A DNA stretch of 64,000 bases from Octopus sinensis (Eukaryota), in NCBI RefSeq assembly GCF_006345805.1, contig NC_042999.1, positions 150,908,001 through 150,972,000 on the forward strand, in the 5' to 3' direction. The notes under the pieces were generated by a model. The model did no database searches and had not been told where the DNA came from. It was given only the letters and a program-made list of their open reading frames with translations. Made by a program: the position numbers and the translations under genes. Shown here piece after piece: positions 24,525-37,559 of the stretch. Within the stretch, counting starts at the first letter, position 1. The number at the start of each line of letters is the position of its first letter.

Positions 24525-25669
24525 AATAATGATTGTTGTTGTTATCAAGCCCTTAGTCAATTCTGATCCAGCAGACATATGACTGAAGGCATTCCACCCA
24601 TGACCATCTCATCTTTTTGTTCAGATACATGGTATCTCGAGCTACATTATCTAATGTGTCCTTCCTGTTTCATTTTTCTTTGGTAGTGTGATTTGAGGGA
24701 AAGTTTGTTGCTATTTCTAGCATATAAAGCAATTATATAAAGGCTTCCTTGTTGAAATTCATCTCGATGGCATCCAACTGTGATTCATGGGGAACAATGG
24801 ACAGAAAAATATATAGTACTATAACAGAAATATCAATATCAGTAGTAGTAGCAGCAGTACTTGTTGTAGTAGTAGTAGTAGTAGTAGTAGTAGTGTGTAT
24901 GTTTAGGGATTGTTTCAATTGCCTCTTCTCCAGCCCTTTACTATTCAATATAAGATTAATTTCCATTTGATTCAGCAAAGGGCCCTGTCTTCCTGCCGCT
25001 CCTTGTGGCATTGATAGGGGGTGAGGACATGTTTAATTAAGTTGGCCTTTATGTATTACACTGTTTGTTTTATCAACAGCAAAATCAGCTCCTTGCACAA
25101 TTTGATCTCACAAAGATTAGGATTTGTTTATGCTGGCCCCTCTCCCTTTTCCCAAAAGTAATACCATACTATACAAACTAGTCTAAGGTTTGTTTAATCA
25201 ATTCAACCACCCTCTCTCTTATTCTATCACCCTCTCTGTCCAAGTGTGATCCCTCCTGTGTTGGTTTAAGGGCTGCTTTATCAGACCCACCAGCTCAAAT
25301 ATGTAAATAATACTGTATTATATAACCTATGTTTAGCAAATTATTTTTAGATCCCCATATGCCAAGATTTGAGCTAGACATATTGGTATCTTCTTCAGTT
25401 CTTGGAGTCATTTAAGCCATTAATAGCTGTGACCTTCAATTCTCTTTTATCTTTTACTTGTTTCACTTATTGCACTGTGGCCATTCTGGAGCAGAGCCTT
25501 GGAGAATTTTAATTGAACGAATCAGCCCCATGACTTACTTTATTTTAAGCCTGATACTTATTCTATCAGTTTCTTTTGCTGAACTGCTAAGTTACAAGGG
25601 CATAAACACATCAGCACTATTCAAGCGATGTTGGGGGTACTAACACAGACACAAAGACATACATGCATA

Positions 25670-25746
<77 letters not shown>

Positions 25747-25754
25747 CCATTAAG

Positions 25755-25896
25755 TTCACTTCAACATTTAAATTTAATTTGTCAAAATATTATCATTACT
25801 TTGAGACCATCCTGCTTGGAATTTTGCCAGTGTACAGGTCGTCATCTCAAAGTAATGAAAATATTTTGACAAATTGAATTTAAACATTGAAGTGGA
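25755..25896. repeat. Fold-back: 52-bp inverted arms (about 90% identical) with a 38-nt spacer
   Basis: 25755-25806 versus the reverse complement of 25845-25896. Both arms belong to the repeat family also at about 3260-3330. Confidence 0.85.
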
Positions 25897-28276
25897 TCTC
25901 TTCCACACTGCAATTGTTTTTATTTCAGCACATGACCTCAGATTAGGTCACATGCTATGCAAGTACATCTCCATAATATATATATATATATATATCTGTG
26001 TCTGTATGTGTTTACATCTCCATAACTTAGTGGTTCAATGAAAGAGACTGATAGAACAAGTAGCAGGCTTAAAAGAGAAAAAGTAAGTACTGGGGTCCAT
26101 TCCTTTGATGAAAAATTCTACAAGGTGGTGCTCCAGCCCAATGATTGCAACAAGTAAATGATAAAAGATAGGTGCAGGTGTGGCTATGTAGGTGTGGCTT
26201 TGCTTCCCAATCTCATAGTTTTGGGTTCAGTCCTGCTGCAAGGCAGCTCAGCACCTTGAGTAAGTGGTGTCTTCTACTAATAGCCTTGGGCTGACCAAAA
26301 CCATGTGAGTGGATTTAGTAGATGGAAACTGAAAGAAGCCCATCATATACATACATATATATGTATATGTGCATGTGTGTGTCTTTGGCATCTCTGCTTG
26401 TCCCCCTGTGAAACTGTGTTGGTATGTTTACATCCCTGTAACTTATCAGTTTGGCAAAAGTGACGAATAAAATAAGTAACCAGGCTTCAAAGAAAAAAAA
26501 AATTCTAGGTTCGATTCATTCAATTAAAATTCTTCAGGGAAGTGCCCCAGCATGGCTGCTGTCTATTGACTGAAACAAATAAAAGATAAAAGAGAGCAGA
26601 ATTAATCTTTCCTGTACAATGTTTTGGTATTTTAATCTTTCTTCTTCTCTCTATTAGCATTTCTACTTAACTGGTGGGACAATATTTTTTTTATCTTTCC
26701 ACTCAGATGGAATCGGTATTCTTATCTTTCCTCTCAATTCAACAAATATTTTCTCCATTTTCACTTAATTCTAGGCTGGTATTTCTTACAAATTTTACTC
26801 CTCTTGTTTACACACAAACTTTTGTATATTTTGACATTTCTATTTTCTCATTAAATGAATAATTTTAAGGCAGCAAGCTGGCAGAATAGTTAACACACCG
26901 GACGAAATGCTTAGCAGTATTTCATGTCATCTAGTTCTGAGTTCAAATGCTGCCAGGGTCAACTTTGCCTTTCATCCTTTTGGGGTCAATAAATTAAGTA
27001 CCAGTTGCATACTGGGGTTGATCTAATTGACTGCTTGTCCCCCCTCCAAATGTCAGGCCTTGTGCCTTGAATAGAAAAGATTAAATGAATAATTTTTATA
27101 TTTTGTTCTCTTTTTAAACTAATGACTCATAAATGTCCCCATCATTGTTACATTGATACAGTTTTTTTTTTTTTCATCTCATTACGAAAAACCAGTTCAA
27201 TGAAGGTAGAGGTGTGTGGCCTAGGGGTTAGGGTATTGGACTCATGATCGTAAGATTGTGGTTTCAATTCCTAGACTGCATTGTATTCTTGAGCAAAACA
27301 CTTCATTTCACATTGCTCCAGTCCATTCAGCTGGTAACAATGAGTAACCCTGCGACAGACTGATTCCCTGTCCAGGGAGTAAATATATACGTGCCACAGA
27401 AACTGGGAAACCAGCCATTGTAAGACCATAGAGAAGGACTCATAAGTGAAGGATGCTTTAGTTCAATGAAAGCCAGTAGACCAAAACTTCAAAGTCACTG
27501 TCATCCTTGTTGTAAGGATTTTATTAAATATGTATTCTAAAAAAAAAGTATTCTGTAATTCTCCAGTTTAGTGTGAAATTGTTTTTGTCGTAACTTGACA
27601 TAAAAATATGAATATGTATATCTATTCATCCACCCACTCATCCATTTGTTCCACTCTCCTTCATCTTTACACACTTCCTCTTATCTTTGTGCGCACACAC
27701 ACACACACGTGCATCTTTCTGATCTTTACACATGTCTTTCCTAATATTCCAGGAAGATGTCAAATATTAATTATTCTAGAATGTCAGTACTAAATATAGT
27801 AACCTTGATGTTCAGCAGAGTATATTTTACTCTAAGTATCTTTTTGGTATTAATTATCTCTTCCTTCATCTAACTTTTTAGCCACGTAACATAATAGCAA
27901 TCCCTTTCTCCTCGCTCTCACCTCTGGCATTCCTCTTGCTCTCTTTCATTCTCTCCTTCTCTCTCTTCCCTTCAATTAACCACGTGAAGGGCATGGTAGC
28001 TCATTTGAAGTATTGTGAAATAATAAAGAACGTAATGCACAAAATTTCTTACATTGTGAGGAGAGGATTAGAGATACATTAATTCTTTGCAGATTGCAGG
28101 TGAATTACCCATCTACAGAGGGAAAACAGCAACAAATTACCACAAACTAGTAATCCCCTTCTGTTTTCTGTAGACAGGTGATTCCCCCAAAATATATAAA
28201 CCATTAATAAATCATTAATTCTCTCCTTGCATTGTAAGAAGCTCTCTGCATTTTCTCTTTCTTGAATATATAAATA

Positions 28277-28700
28277 TCATCATCATCATCGTTTAACGTC
28301 CGCTTTCCATGCTAGCATGGGTTGGACGATTTGACTGAGGGCTGGCAAACCAGATGGCTGCACCAGGCTTCAATCTTGTTCTGGCCGAGTTTCTACAGCT
28401 GTATGCCCTTCCTAACGCCAACCACTCTGAGAATGTAGTGGGTGATTTTATGTGCCACCAGCACGGGGCCAGTCAGGTGGTACTGGCAATGACCTCACTT
28501 GAATCTTTTACACATGCCACTGGCACAGGTGCCAGTGAGGCGATGCTGGTAACGATCATGCTCGAATGGTGTCTTTTACGTGCCACCGGCATGGAGGCCA
28601 GATCACACTCTGGCAACGATCACGCTCGGATGGTGCTTTTAACACCCTACTAGCACGGGGCTCGAGTGCTAGTAAGGCGACGCTGGTAACGATCACACTC
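28277..28700 (-). mobile_element. Family D RTE-tail element, relatively young
   Basis: CATCATCATCGTTTAACGTCCGCTTTCCATGCTAGCATGGGTTGGACG (reverse complement of the RTE 3' end) plus internal sub-repeats of about 60 bp. Confidence 0.85.
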
Positions 28701-30746
28701 GAATGGTGCCTTTTATGTGATATATATATATATTTCGCTTTTGGTAGGATTGGAACCTTAGAGCACACAGTCAGAATCAATACTGTGAGGTTTTCTATCC
28801 AGTTCTCTGATGACTCTTTCAACTTGCTGTCATTAAACCTTTTAGCTTTTAAACCAGCCATTTCCAGCCAATATATTTTTCTTGTTTTATGTTCAAACTG
28901 GCCAGATCCAACCTCTCACATCAATCCTTCAATGTCATTCAACAAATAAACAATCACATCACTGAAATCCCAAAGCTACAAAACAATGTGAAGAAATAAG
29001 CATTATGTTTGACAGAATAATCTGAATGTTAAAGGGTTAAAGCTTGTCCTAAACCCCACTATTTTTCTGGTCCTAGCCAGTTGGTTGTGGCTGTTTTGTG
29101 GTATTCCCATCAAAATTCAAGCTCCAGGGAGAATCAAGCTCAATAACTTTCTGTGTCTTTTTCTATGTGAGATTATGAGACTGACTAATAACCTACTTCA
29201 CTACTTGTGGTAGTAATAAATTTTGTTTTTCTTTGAATCCATGTACACATGAAATGGCTGATTGGACAAGGTTTTAAATTAACAACTCAATAATACTCTC
29301 AGTTAAATCCCCAGTAGATATTTCATTATGAAATTTTCATCTGAACACAGAAAATCTGCCTCAACAAAATTAAGTCTAACTCATGCAAGCATAGAAAAGT
29401 GAATGTTAGGCAAAAACGATGATGAGGGTGGTAGTGGTAGCGGCAGTGGTGGTGGTGGTGGTGTTGTTGTTGTTGTTGATGGTGATGGTGGTGGTGCAGT
29501 TATCTCTCTATGCACCAACTTGCCTCAGTATTGGGAATTAATATCGGATTTTCTTGGAATATTGCCTGAAGAAAACTGGCACTATACCCAGAGGGAGTCT
29601 CATTTCTCTCCCGCTCTCTACTGTGAATCCAAAACTAAGAACCACTCCCCTAAATATCTCATGAGATACAGGAAATGTTTATATTCTAGTTCTAGTCCTT
29701 GACATTCTGAGTTCAAATCTTGATATCTCATTCTTTCAAAGTTGATAAAAAAAAATATCAGTGAAATATTTAGGTTTCATTGCCTAGACCGTTCCTGCAA
29801 ATTCATGGCCCAGTAACACTGTTAGAAATCTGTATAGGCACAGCATGACTTTGTGGTAAGAAGTTTGCTTTCAATCACATGGTTCCAGGTTCAGTCCCAC
29901 AGCATAGTACCTTGTAAAATCTCTTTTTCTATAGCCTCTGGCCAACCAAAGCCTTGTGGTTGGATTTGGTAGACTGAAGCAGAAAGTAGCCCATTGTATA
30001 TTTATATGTATGTTTATATATGTATATAAATGTATGTCTTTGTCCCCTGCCATTTCTTGACATATGTGGTGTCGGTGTGTTTACATCCCTGTAACCTAGT
30101 GGTTAAGCAAAAAAACCCCAAAAAACTGATAGAATTAGTACCAGGCTTTAAAAAATAAGTACAAGTGTTGATTTGTTCAACTATAATTCTTCAAGATGGT
30201 GACTGCCTCAGCATGACCACAGTTTAATGACAAAAAAAGTAAAAAAGCATAAAAGAAAAAAGAATATGCTTAAGTGACTGACAAAATGGAATCCAGGGAA
30301 TTGCTTGAGTAAGAACCATTCAAGCATCAGATAAAACGCCTTGTGGTATTTCTTCTGCCTCTTTATGTCCTGAGTTCAAATTCTTATTTCTTTATTGCCC
30401 ACAAGGGGCTAAACATAGAGGTGACAAACAAGGACAGACAAAGAGATTGAGTCGATTACATCAACTCCAGTGCGTAACTGGTACTTAATTTATCAACCCA
30501 GAAAGGATGAAAGACAAAGTCGACCTCGGCAGAATTTGAACTCAGAACAGAATGGCAGACAAAATACCGCTAAGCATTTCACCTGGTGTGCTAACGTTTC
30601 TGCCAGCTCGCCTGAGTTCAAATTCTGCCATGGTCAACTTTACCTTTCGCCGTTTCAGAGTCAATGAATTTTTTGTCAAGGACTGGGGTTGTATTATTCA
30701 GCCATACTTTGCATTCATTGATCAAATCATATAGGCAAAATATTCA

Positions 30747-31471
30747 TTAACCATTTTGTTATTAGATTTCTGTTGAGATGTTTTGTGTTTCTTTCAATTT
30801 ATTTTAAATATAACAAAGAATTTAGTAAAATAACTTAGTTATCATTAAGCTAGTGTTAGGAACATAAATCGTGACTGAGGTTTGGTGAAAGATTTTAATT
30901 CAAAACTTGTATAAACAAGACAGTTGCACTACAGATCCAGAAGTGATTTTAGCTGGGTTGGTATCAAAAGGGTTAAATTAATAATTTGTTAACCCTTTTG
31001 TTACCATATTTCTGTTGAGATGCTCTCTTTTGCTTTAGTCTATTTTAAATGTAATAGAGAATTTAGTAAAATAGCTTAGTTATCATTAAGCTAGTGTTAG
31101 GAACATAAATTGTGACTAAGGTTTGGTAGAAGATTTTTTTATTCAGAACTTTTGGAAAGAAGACATTTGTACTACAGAGCCAGAAGCAGTTTCAGCTGGG
31201 CTGGTATCAAAAGGGTTAAGAATTGTTTCTCTGTTATATATCTTAACCCTTTTGTAACCATATTTCTGCTAAGATGTTCTGTGTTTCTTTCAATTAATTC
31301 TAAATATAACAAAGAATTTAGTAAAATAACTCGGTTATCATTAAGCTAGTATTAGGAACATAAATTGTGACTAAGGTTTGGTGGAAAATTTAATTCAAAA
31401 CTTGTGAAAACAAGACATTTGTACTACAGAGTCGGATGTGGTTTTAGCCGGGTTGGTATCGAAAGGGTTAA
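30747..31471 (+). mobile_element. Tandem trimer of piggyBac-type MITE family E (30747-30976, 30989-31219, 31243-31471)
   Basis: Each unit of about 230 bp starts TTAACC(A/C)TTTTG and ends AAAGGGTTAA. Spacers are 12 and 23 bp. Confidence 0.9.
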
Positions 31472-32338
31472 GCCATATTGGTTTCAGATTTTGGCACAAG
31501 GCCAGCAATTTCAGGCATGTGTATAGGTTGATTACATCAACCCCTGTGGTCAACTGGTAGTTATTTCATCAACCCCAAAAGGTGGAATTTGAACACAGAA
31601 CATGAAATTGGAAGAAAGGCTGACATTGCGAGAGTGATATTGATAAAATGTTTCTATGTGGAGGAACATTTATGCATTTGTGGTGGTGCATTAAAATATC
31701 TTACATCAGTGGAGGGGTGATACATTTAGACAGGTGTAATTATAGGTGCGTTACTTAATTTATAGCTTATAGGTGCAGGTGTGACTGTATTGTTAAGAAG
31801 TTTGCTTCTCAACCATGTTGCCTTGGGTTCAAGTCCCACTGTGTGACACCTTGGGCAAGTATCTTCTACTATATCCTTTGGGTGACCAAAGCCTTGCAAA
31901 AGGATTTAGTTGATGGAAACTGAAAGAAGCATGCTGGATATGTCAGCAGTGCATCATCATCACCACCATCATTTAACATCTGTTTTCCATGCTGGCATAG
32001 ATTAGAAGGTTTAGCTGGAGCTGACAAGCCGAGGAGCTGCACCAAGTTCCTTTGGCAATGTTTCTATGGCCTAATGCCCTTCCTAATGCCAACCACTTTA
32101 CAGAATGTACTGGGTGCTTTTTACATGGTACCTGCACCGACAGGATCAGCTGATATCTCGCAAGACAAGAACCCCTCAGCTGAGAGTTGTGTGTGGGGGG
32201 GGGGGGGGTAATATTGAAGGGATGTGGCTCTGTGTCATTTGAGATGTATATATATATATATATATATAATTTAAAAATAGGATAAAATCATCATGAGAAT
32301 TTATCAAGTAGTTATAAATATCTTGATACATATATCTT

Positions 32339-32419
32339 GAATTATGCTTGCACTGAAGAGTAAAAAGTGCATAATACTGCACCAATTACGAAATCACAGT
32401 GTGATATGCGGCTAAATTC
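32339..32419 (+). ncRNA. Type I hammerhead ribozyme, canonical core
   Basis: CTGAAGA (32353-59). Stem II GTAA/TTAC plus GTGCA/TGCAC, then GAA. Stem III ATCACA-G-TGTGAT. Cleavage triplet AUA, after 32406. Stem I TTGCA/TGCGG plus distal GAATT/AATTC. Confidence 0.8.
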
Positions 32420-32535
32420 TGTTTTTAAATGACCTGCTTCGAGAATTGTTTCGGTACAATGTGTTTATTTATTTTAGTAGTTTTGACTTTAAAAGTCCCT
32501 CCTAGCATGAGGCATCTATGTGTAATAGTGCCCTC

Positions 32536-32575
<40 letters not shown>

Positions 32576-33236
32576 TAGATAGATAGATAGATATAAATGT
32601 GTGTGTGTGTACCTTTGTCTTAACATCATGTGAGGATTGTTAATAAGCATCATAGTCTGACAAGCAATGTTGCCTCAACAAATTCCAGCGGACTCATGCA
32701 AGTGTTGGAAAACGATGAAGATGATGATGGTGGTAATGAAGAAGAACCCGTTTCTCTAATATTTCATTTATTTCAAATATATCTTCACACTGCAAACACC
32801 TGAATGCATTTATCTACATTTGAAGTATATATTTACATAATTCACACACACACAAGTATATATAATTGCACATGTGTACACAAAGTGTGAGTCATACACT
32901 AATGTGTGTACTCTTGACATGTGTGTATGTAATCTATTTATTCACCCATCTGTAGCTACCCAGGTACATAATTAGTCTACATGAACATAAAGACCCGATT
33001 CCTCCTCCTCCTCTTCTTCTCTAATACTTTTGCTTTATAATTGTTTATGTAACTCATTATTTCTCTCTCACTTTCACACACACACACCACAAGGAAGTAA
33101 AGTTGTATCTGTGTATAAATGTACATATATAGTATATTTCTATGTGAATATATGTAATTGTGTATGTTTGTATATATTTGTGTGTGTGTATGTGTATATA
33201 TATGTATATATATATGTATGCATGTATATATATATA

Positions 33237-34190
33237 CTAAAGGCCTCTCGCTCAGAGTAAAAGGCAGACTGTATGATGTATGTGTACGAACAGCCATGCT
33301 ACATGGCAGTGAAACATGGGCCATGACTGCTGAGGACATGCGTAAGCTCGTGAGGAATGAAGCCAGTATGCTCCGATGGATGTGTAATGTCAGTGTACAT
33401 ACTCGACAGAGCGTTAGTACCTTGAGAGAAATGTTGTACCTAAGAAGCATCAGTTGTGGTGTGCAAGAGAGACGATTGCGCTGGTATGGTCATGTGGCGA
33501 GAATGGATGAAGATAGGTGTGTGAGAAAGTGCCAATCCCTAGCAGTTGAGGGAACCCATGGAAGAGGTAGACCCAGGAAAACCTGGGACGAGGTGGTGAA
33601 GCACGACCTTCGAACTTTAGGCCTCACTGATGAAATGACCTGCGACCGAGACCTTTGGAAATATGCTGTACGTGAGAAGACCAGGCAGGACAAGTGAGCC
33701 CAGCCCACTTATGAATGCCTTTCCTCCCTTGGACACAAAGACCTGTTGAGGCAAGCGAAGTCGATATAGAACCTCATCCGACGACAGGCACCCATGCCAA
33801 CCCCCTTTGCTTGCGAAGACATGTTGGGGCAAGCGAAATCGAAATCGAATTGAACCAGCCAGGATCCCTGGTCTGGTGGTACGTAAAAAGCACTATCCGA
33901 CTCGTGGCCGATGCCAGCGCCGCCTCGACTGGCTTCTGTGCCGGTGGCACGTAAAATACACCAATCCGACCATGGCCGTTGCCAGCCTCGCCTGGCACCT
34001 GTGTAGGTGGCATGTAAAAAGCACCCACTACACTCATGGAGTGGTTGGCGTTAGGAAGGGCATACAGCTGTAGAAACATTGCCAGATAAGACTGGATCCT
34101 GGTGCAGCCTTCTGGCTTCCCAGATCCCCGGTCGAACCGTCCAACCCATGCTAGCATGGAGAACGGACGTTAAATGATGATGATGATGAT
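33237..34190 (+). mobile_element. 5'-truncated RTE LINE copy (ORF2 C-terminus to TGA at 33697, 3' UTR, (GAT)n tail)
   Basis: KGLSLRVKGRLYDVCVRTAMLHGSETW...EKTRQDK*. Near-identical to 52563-53921 and starts directly after (TA)n. Confidence 0.95.
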
Positions 34191-34521
34191 AATAACGGGA
34201 AGGTTTATGAAAATAAACAAAAGACGAAGGCAGGTGGAGTACAAACAAACAAATGTATTAGTATGGCGCTCAGGAATAGAAATATATGTATGCATGTATA
34301 TATATGTATATATATGTATGTATGCTTAGCAGTACTTCGGCTGCCATTACATTCTGAGTTCAAATTCCGCCGAGGTCGACTTTACCTTTCATCCTTTTGG
34401 GGTTGAATAACTACCAGTTATGCACTGGGTTGATGTAATCGACTTAATTCCTTTGTCTGTCCTTGTTTGTCCCCCCTATGTTTAGCCCTCTGTGGGCAAT
34501 AAAGAAATATATTTATATATA

Positions 34522-35103
34522 TATATATATTATATAAAAGGGCTTAGTAAAATAAATTACTTTGCCACATACTGAACTCATTAGAAATAGTAGCTAAAAA
34601 AACTTTTTTAAAACTATTTCTAATACTTAAAGAAAATCTCTCTCATATAGTGTTTGCTCAATTCAACTCACGAAAGTATGGGGGTAAAGACATTAAAAAA
34701 TCAAATGCAAAGGTTATTTTAGAACGTACGTTTCAAGATTAGTCAACTCAACATTTCTATCATCAGCTCAGAACTCCTTGGTTTGGATTTGAAAACACTG
34801 AAAGTGGGAGCATACCCTTTCGGCTTCTTATCGCTTCTGAAGATCTGCTCGAAACTAACAGTGCCAGTAAACCCAAAATATGCAAGCGAAGAATTTCTGC
34901 TCTCCCCTTTCCACCAGCGTGGGTTAAAATCAGTAAACACTATGCTTTTTCGGTAAAATCCGAAGCATTAATAGGGAGAGATGCATTATAATTTCAACAA
35001 TTGAGGGTAAAATTAATTAATTATTAATCAATTTCACCAAGTATTCAGTATGTAAAGGGACCATTTAAGGCGAATTCAAATTATTACATTATATAAATTA
35101 CAT

Positions 35104-35113
<10 letters not shown>
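34522..35113 (-). mobile_element. (TA)n-flanked non-coding element carrying a degenerate hammerhead motif (34719-34770)
   Basis: Minus strand: CTGATGA..GAAACGTACGTTC, with GCTACTATTTCTAATG downstream, similar to the 3' motif of 9781 and 63831. Confidence 0.55.
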
Positions 35114-35134
<21 letters not shown>

Positions 35135-35824
35135 TGTGATGATGTGAGTTTGATTCCTAGACTGGGCTGTGTGTTGTGTCCTTAAACAAGGCACTTTATT
35201 TCATGTTTACTCCAGTTCGCTCAGCTGTAGAAATGAGTTGCAATATCACTGCTACAAAGCTATATTAGCCTTTGCCTTTTTCTCGGTCAACATCGGTGGC
35301 ATAGAGAGGGGTGTTAGGTATGCATGGGTGACTTCTGATCTTCTACAAACAGCCTTGCTTTGTGCATAAGAGGGTAGCTTTGTAGTTATAATCCCATGGT
35401 CATTTCTGTCCAAAAGGGGACTTTACCTTTTTTATAGGTTTGGTGATGCAAACAGGAAAAGTAAAACTCAAAACATGAGATTGTATAAATATTTTTTATT
35501 AATATTTAGCAGAAGCAACTGAGTGACTCAAGGGCCAAGTGCTTCATGCATTAGCTCTTAGCTAGTACACACACACACATATATATAACAGAAGAAAATG
35601 GAGATTGGGAAGTTAATAATTGTTTATTATTAATAGCAAATTAATCATCATCCCTTACAGCTGTTTCAATTAATACTCAGTAAATATTTAGTAAATATCA
35701 AATTGACATGACCTGAGCCTAATATCTTCAGAGGGAAAAAAATATACCTTTGGATATTTTATGTGTTTATGGATTCATTATAGCAGACTGAATAATATGG
35801 TTTATGGTTTATGATTTGTATTAG

Positions 35825-35899
35825 AGTAGGGAAATAGAATTAGAACAAGAAATGAATAAATTAAATGGAGATGATAGAGGAAATTTAAATATGAATAAG
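35825..35899 (+). CDS. Candidate 75-nt exon (SREIELEQEMNKLNGDDRGNLNMNK) of an unidentified gene
   Basis: Consensus donor AAG|GTAAGT, acceptor TTTGTATTAG, phase 0-0 open, purine-rich unique sequence. Confidence 0.45.
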
Positions 35900-36379
35900 G
35901 TAAGTTTATAGTTAATAAAAATGGCATATTCGTTTATAAGGTTATGAAAATAAAGTTATGAAAATTTGTATATATGCATATATATATATAGTCAAAACTA
36001 TTGAAAAGGTGGCAAGATGCAACGAAAATTTTAGGAAAATAAGAATAAGAAAAAGTGGAAATTTTACCAGTGAGTGTGTTATATTATAAGGCACAAAAAG
36101 AAAATGACTCTCCCCAGACATAACAGAATATAAATAAAGTTATGAAAATTTGTATACATGCAAGTATGCACATATACATTTACACACATACATATATGTA
36201 TCCATATGTCCATCTATATACACAGACACATGTATATTCTCACACATATATACATCCACATGTACACACATATATCTGTGCATATACATATATAAGTACA
36301 TATACATGTACGAACACATTAATACATATGCACACTCACACATACATGTATGTGTGTGTATATATATGTATATAAAGTT

Positions 36380-36561
36380 AATCCAAACATGAAAACACAA
36401 CAACGCGAGGACGTGGAACAAGTATAATGTTATTGGACGCTCAGGAAAGAAGGTGGGTTTAATGTTTCGAGCGGAGCTCTTCGTCAGGAACATAGGAAAA
36501 GGAAAGATCCAAAGAAGGGAAGACGGAGGAAAAAATCGCCAACGGTCCACACGCGGTCATA

Positions 36562-36562
<1 letters not shown>
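36380..36562 (-). mobile_element. Short Penelope-terminal-repeat-like element with a minimal hammerhead-like motif (36457-36491)
   Basis: Minus strand CTGACGA-A-GAGC-TCC-GCTC-GAAAC-ATT-AAAC, CpG-rich, between TA/CA microsatellites. Confidence 0.5.
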
Positions 36563-36599
<37 letters not shown>

Positions 36600-37139
36600 T
36601 CTACATCACCCCTATATGCACACACACACGCACACACAAAGAGACACATGCATAACTCACAAAAATATCTGTATTCTTATGTATGTATGTGTATGCATTT
36701 ATGTGTGCAAGTGTGTAGGTATATGCATATGTGTACATAATTACGCTTAAATACATGCACATATATATACATATATAAACCCATGTATATATAGTTGTGT
36801 GAGCATATGTTTGCATGCACATTGTAGAGGGGGGAAAAGAGCCAGAGTTTATGGAAATAAACAACTCCAGCTACGGCCTCCATACACCTGCAGACATTAC
36901 TAAGCTACCTCGTCTATTCACTTAGACAATATTATTCTTATACTTGCACCTATGTTTTACCATGTAACACCTTTATTTAGCATTAGCAACCATTAGCTAC
37001 CTCTTCTGCATGCTTCCTTGCTCTTACACAGGTGTACTCAGGCGTGAAAGCCTTCACATGTACATCACACCAAACAGATCATCTGTCCATACATATTAAT
37101 TACATTCCATCATTGGAAGTGGCCTGTCAGTCAGTCTGT

Positions 37140-37523
37140 CTGCCTGTCGGTCTGTCTGTTGCACCTCCCTCTTTCTGTCTCTATCTTTCTCTCTTTTTGT
37201 GTCTCTTTCGCTCCTTCTTTCTGTCACTGTCTGCCTTTCTTTCCCTCTCGTCTCTCTCCTTCTCTGTGTGTGTGTGTCTCGCTCCCTCTGTGTGTGTGTG
37301 TGTGTCTCGCTCCCTCTGTGTGTGTGTGTGTCTCTCTCTCTCTCCCTCTGTGTGTGTGTCTCGCTCCCTCTGTGTGCGTGTGTGTGTCTTTCTCTCTCTC
37401 TCTCTCTGTCTGTATCTCTCCCTCTGTGCGTGTGTGTATCTCTCTCCTTCTGTGTGTCTGTATCTCTCTCCCCCCTTTGTGTGTGTATCTCTCTCCCCTC
37501 TCTGTGTGTGTCTCTCTTGCTCC

Positions 37524-37559
<36 letters not shown>

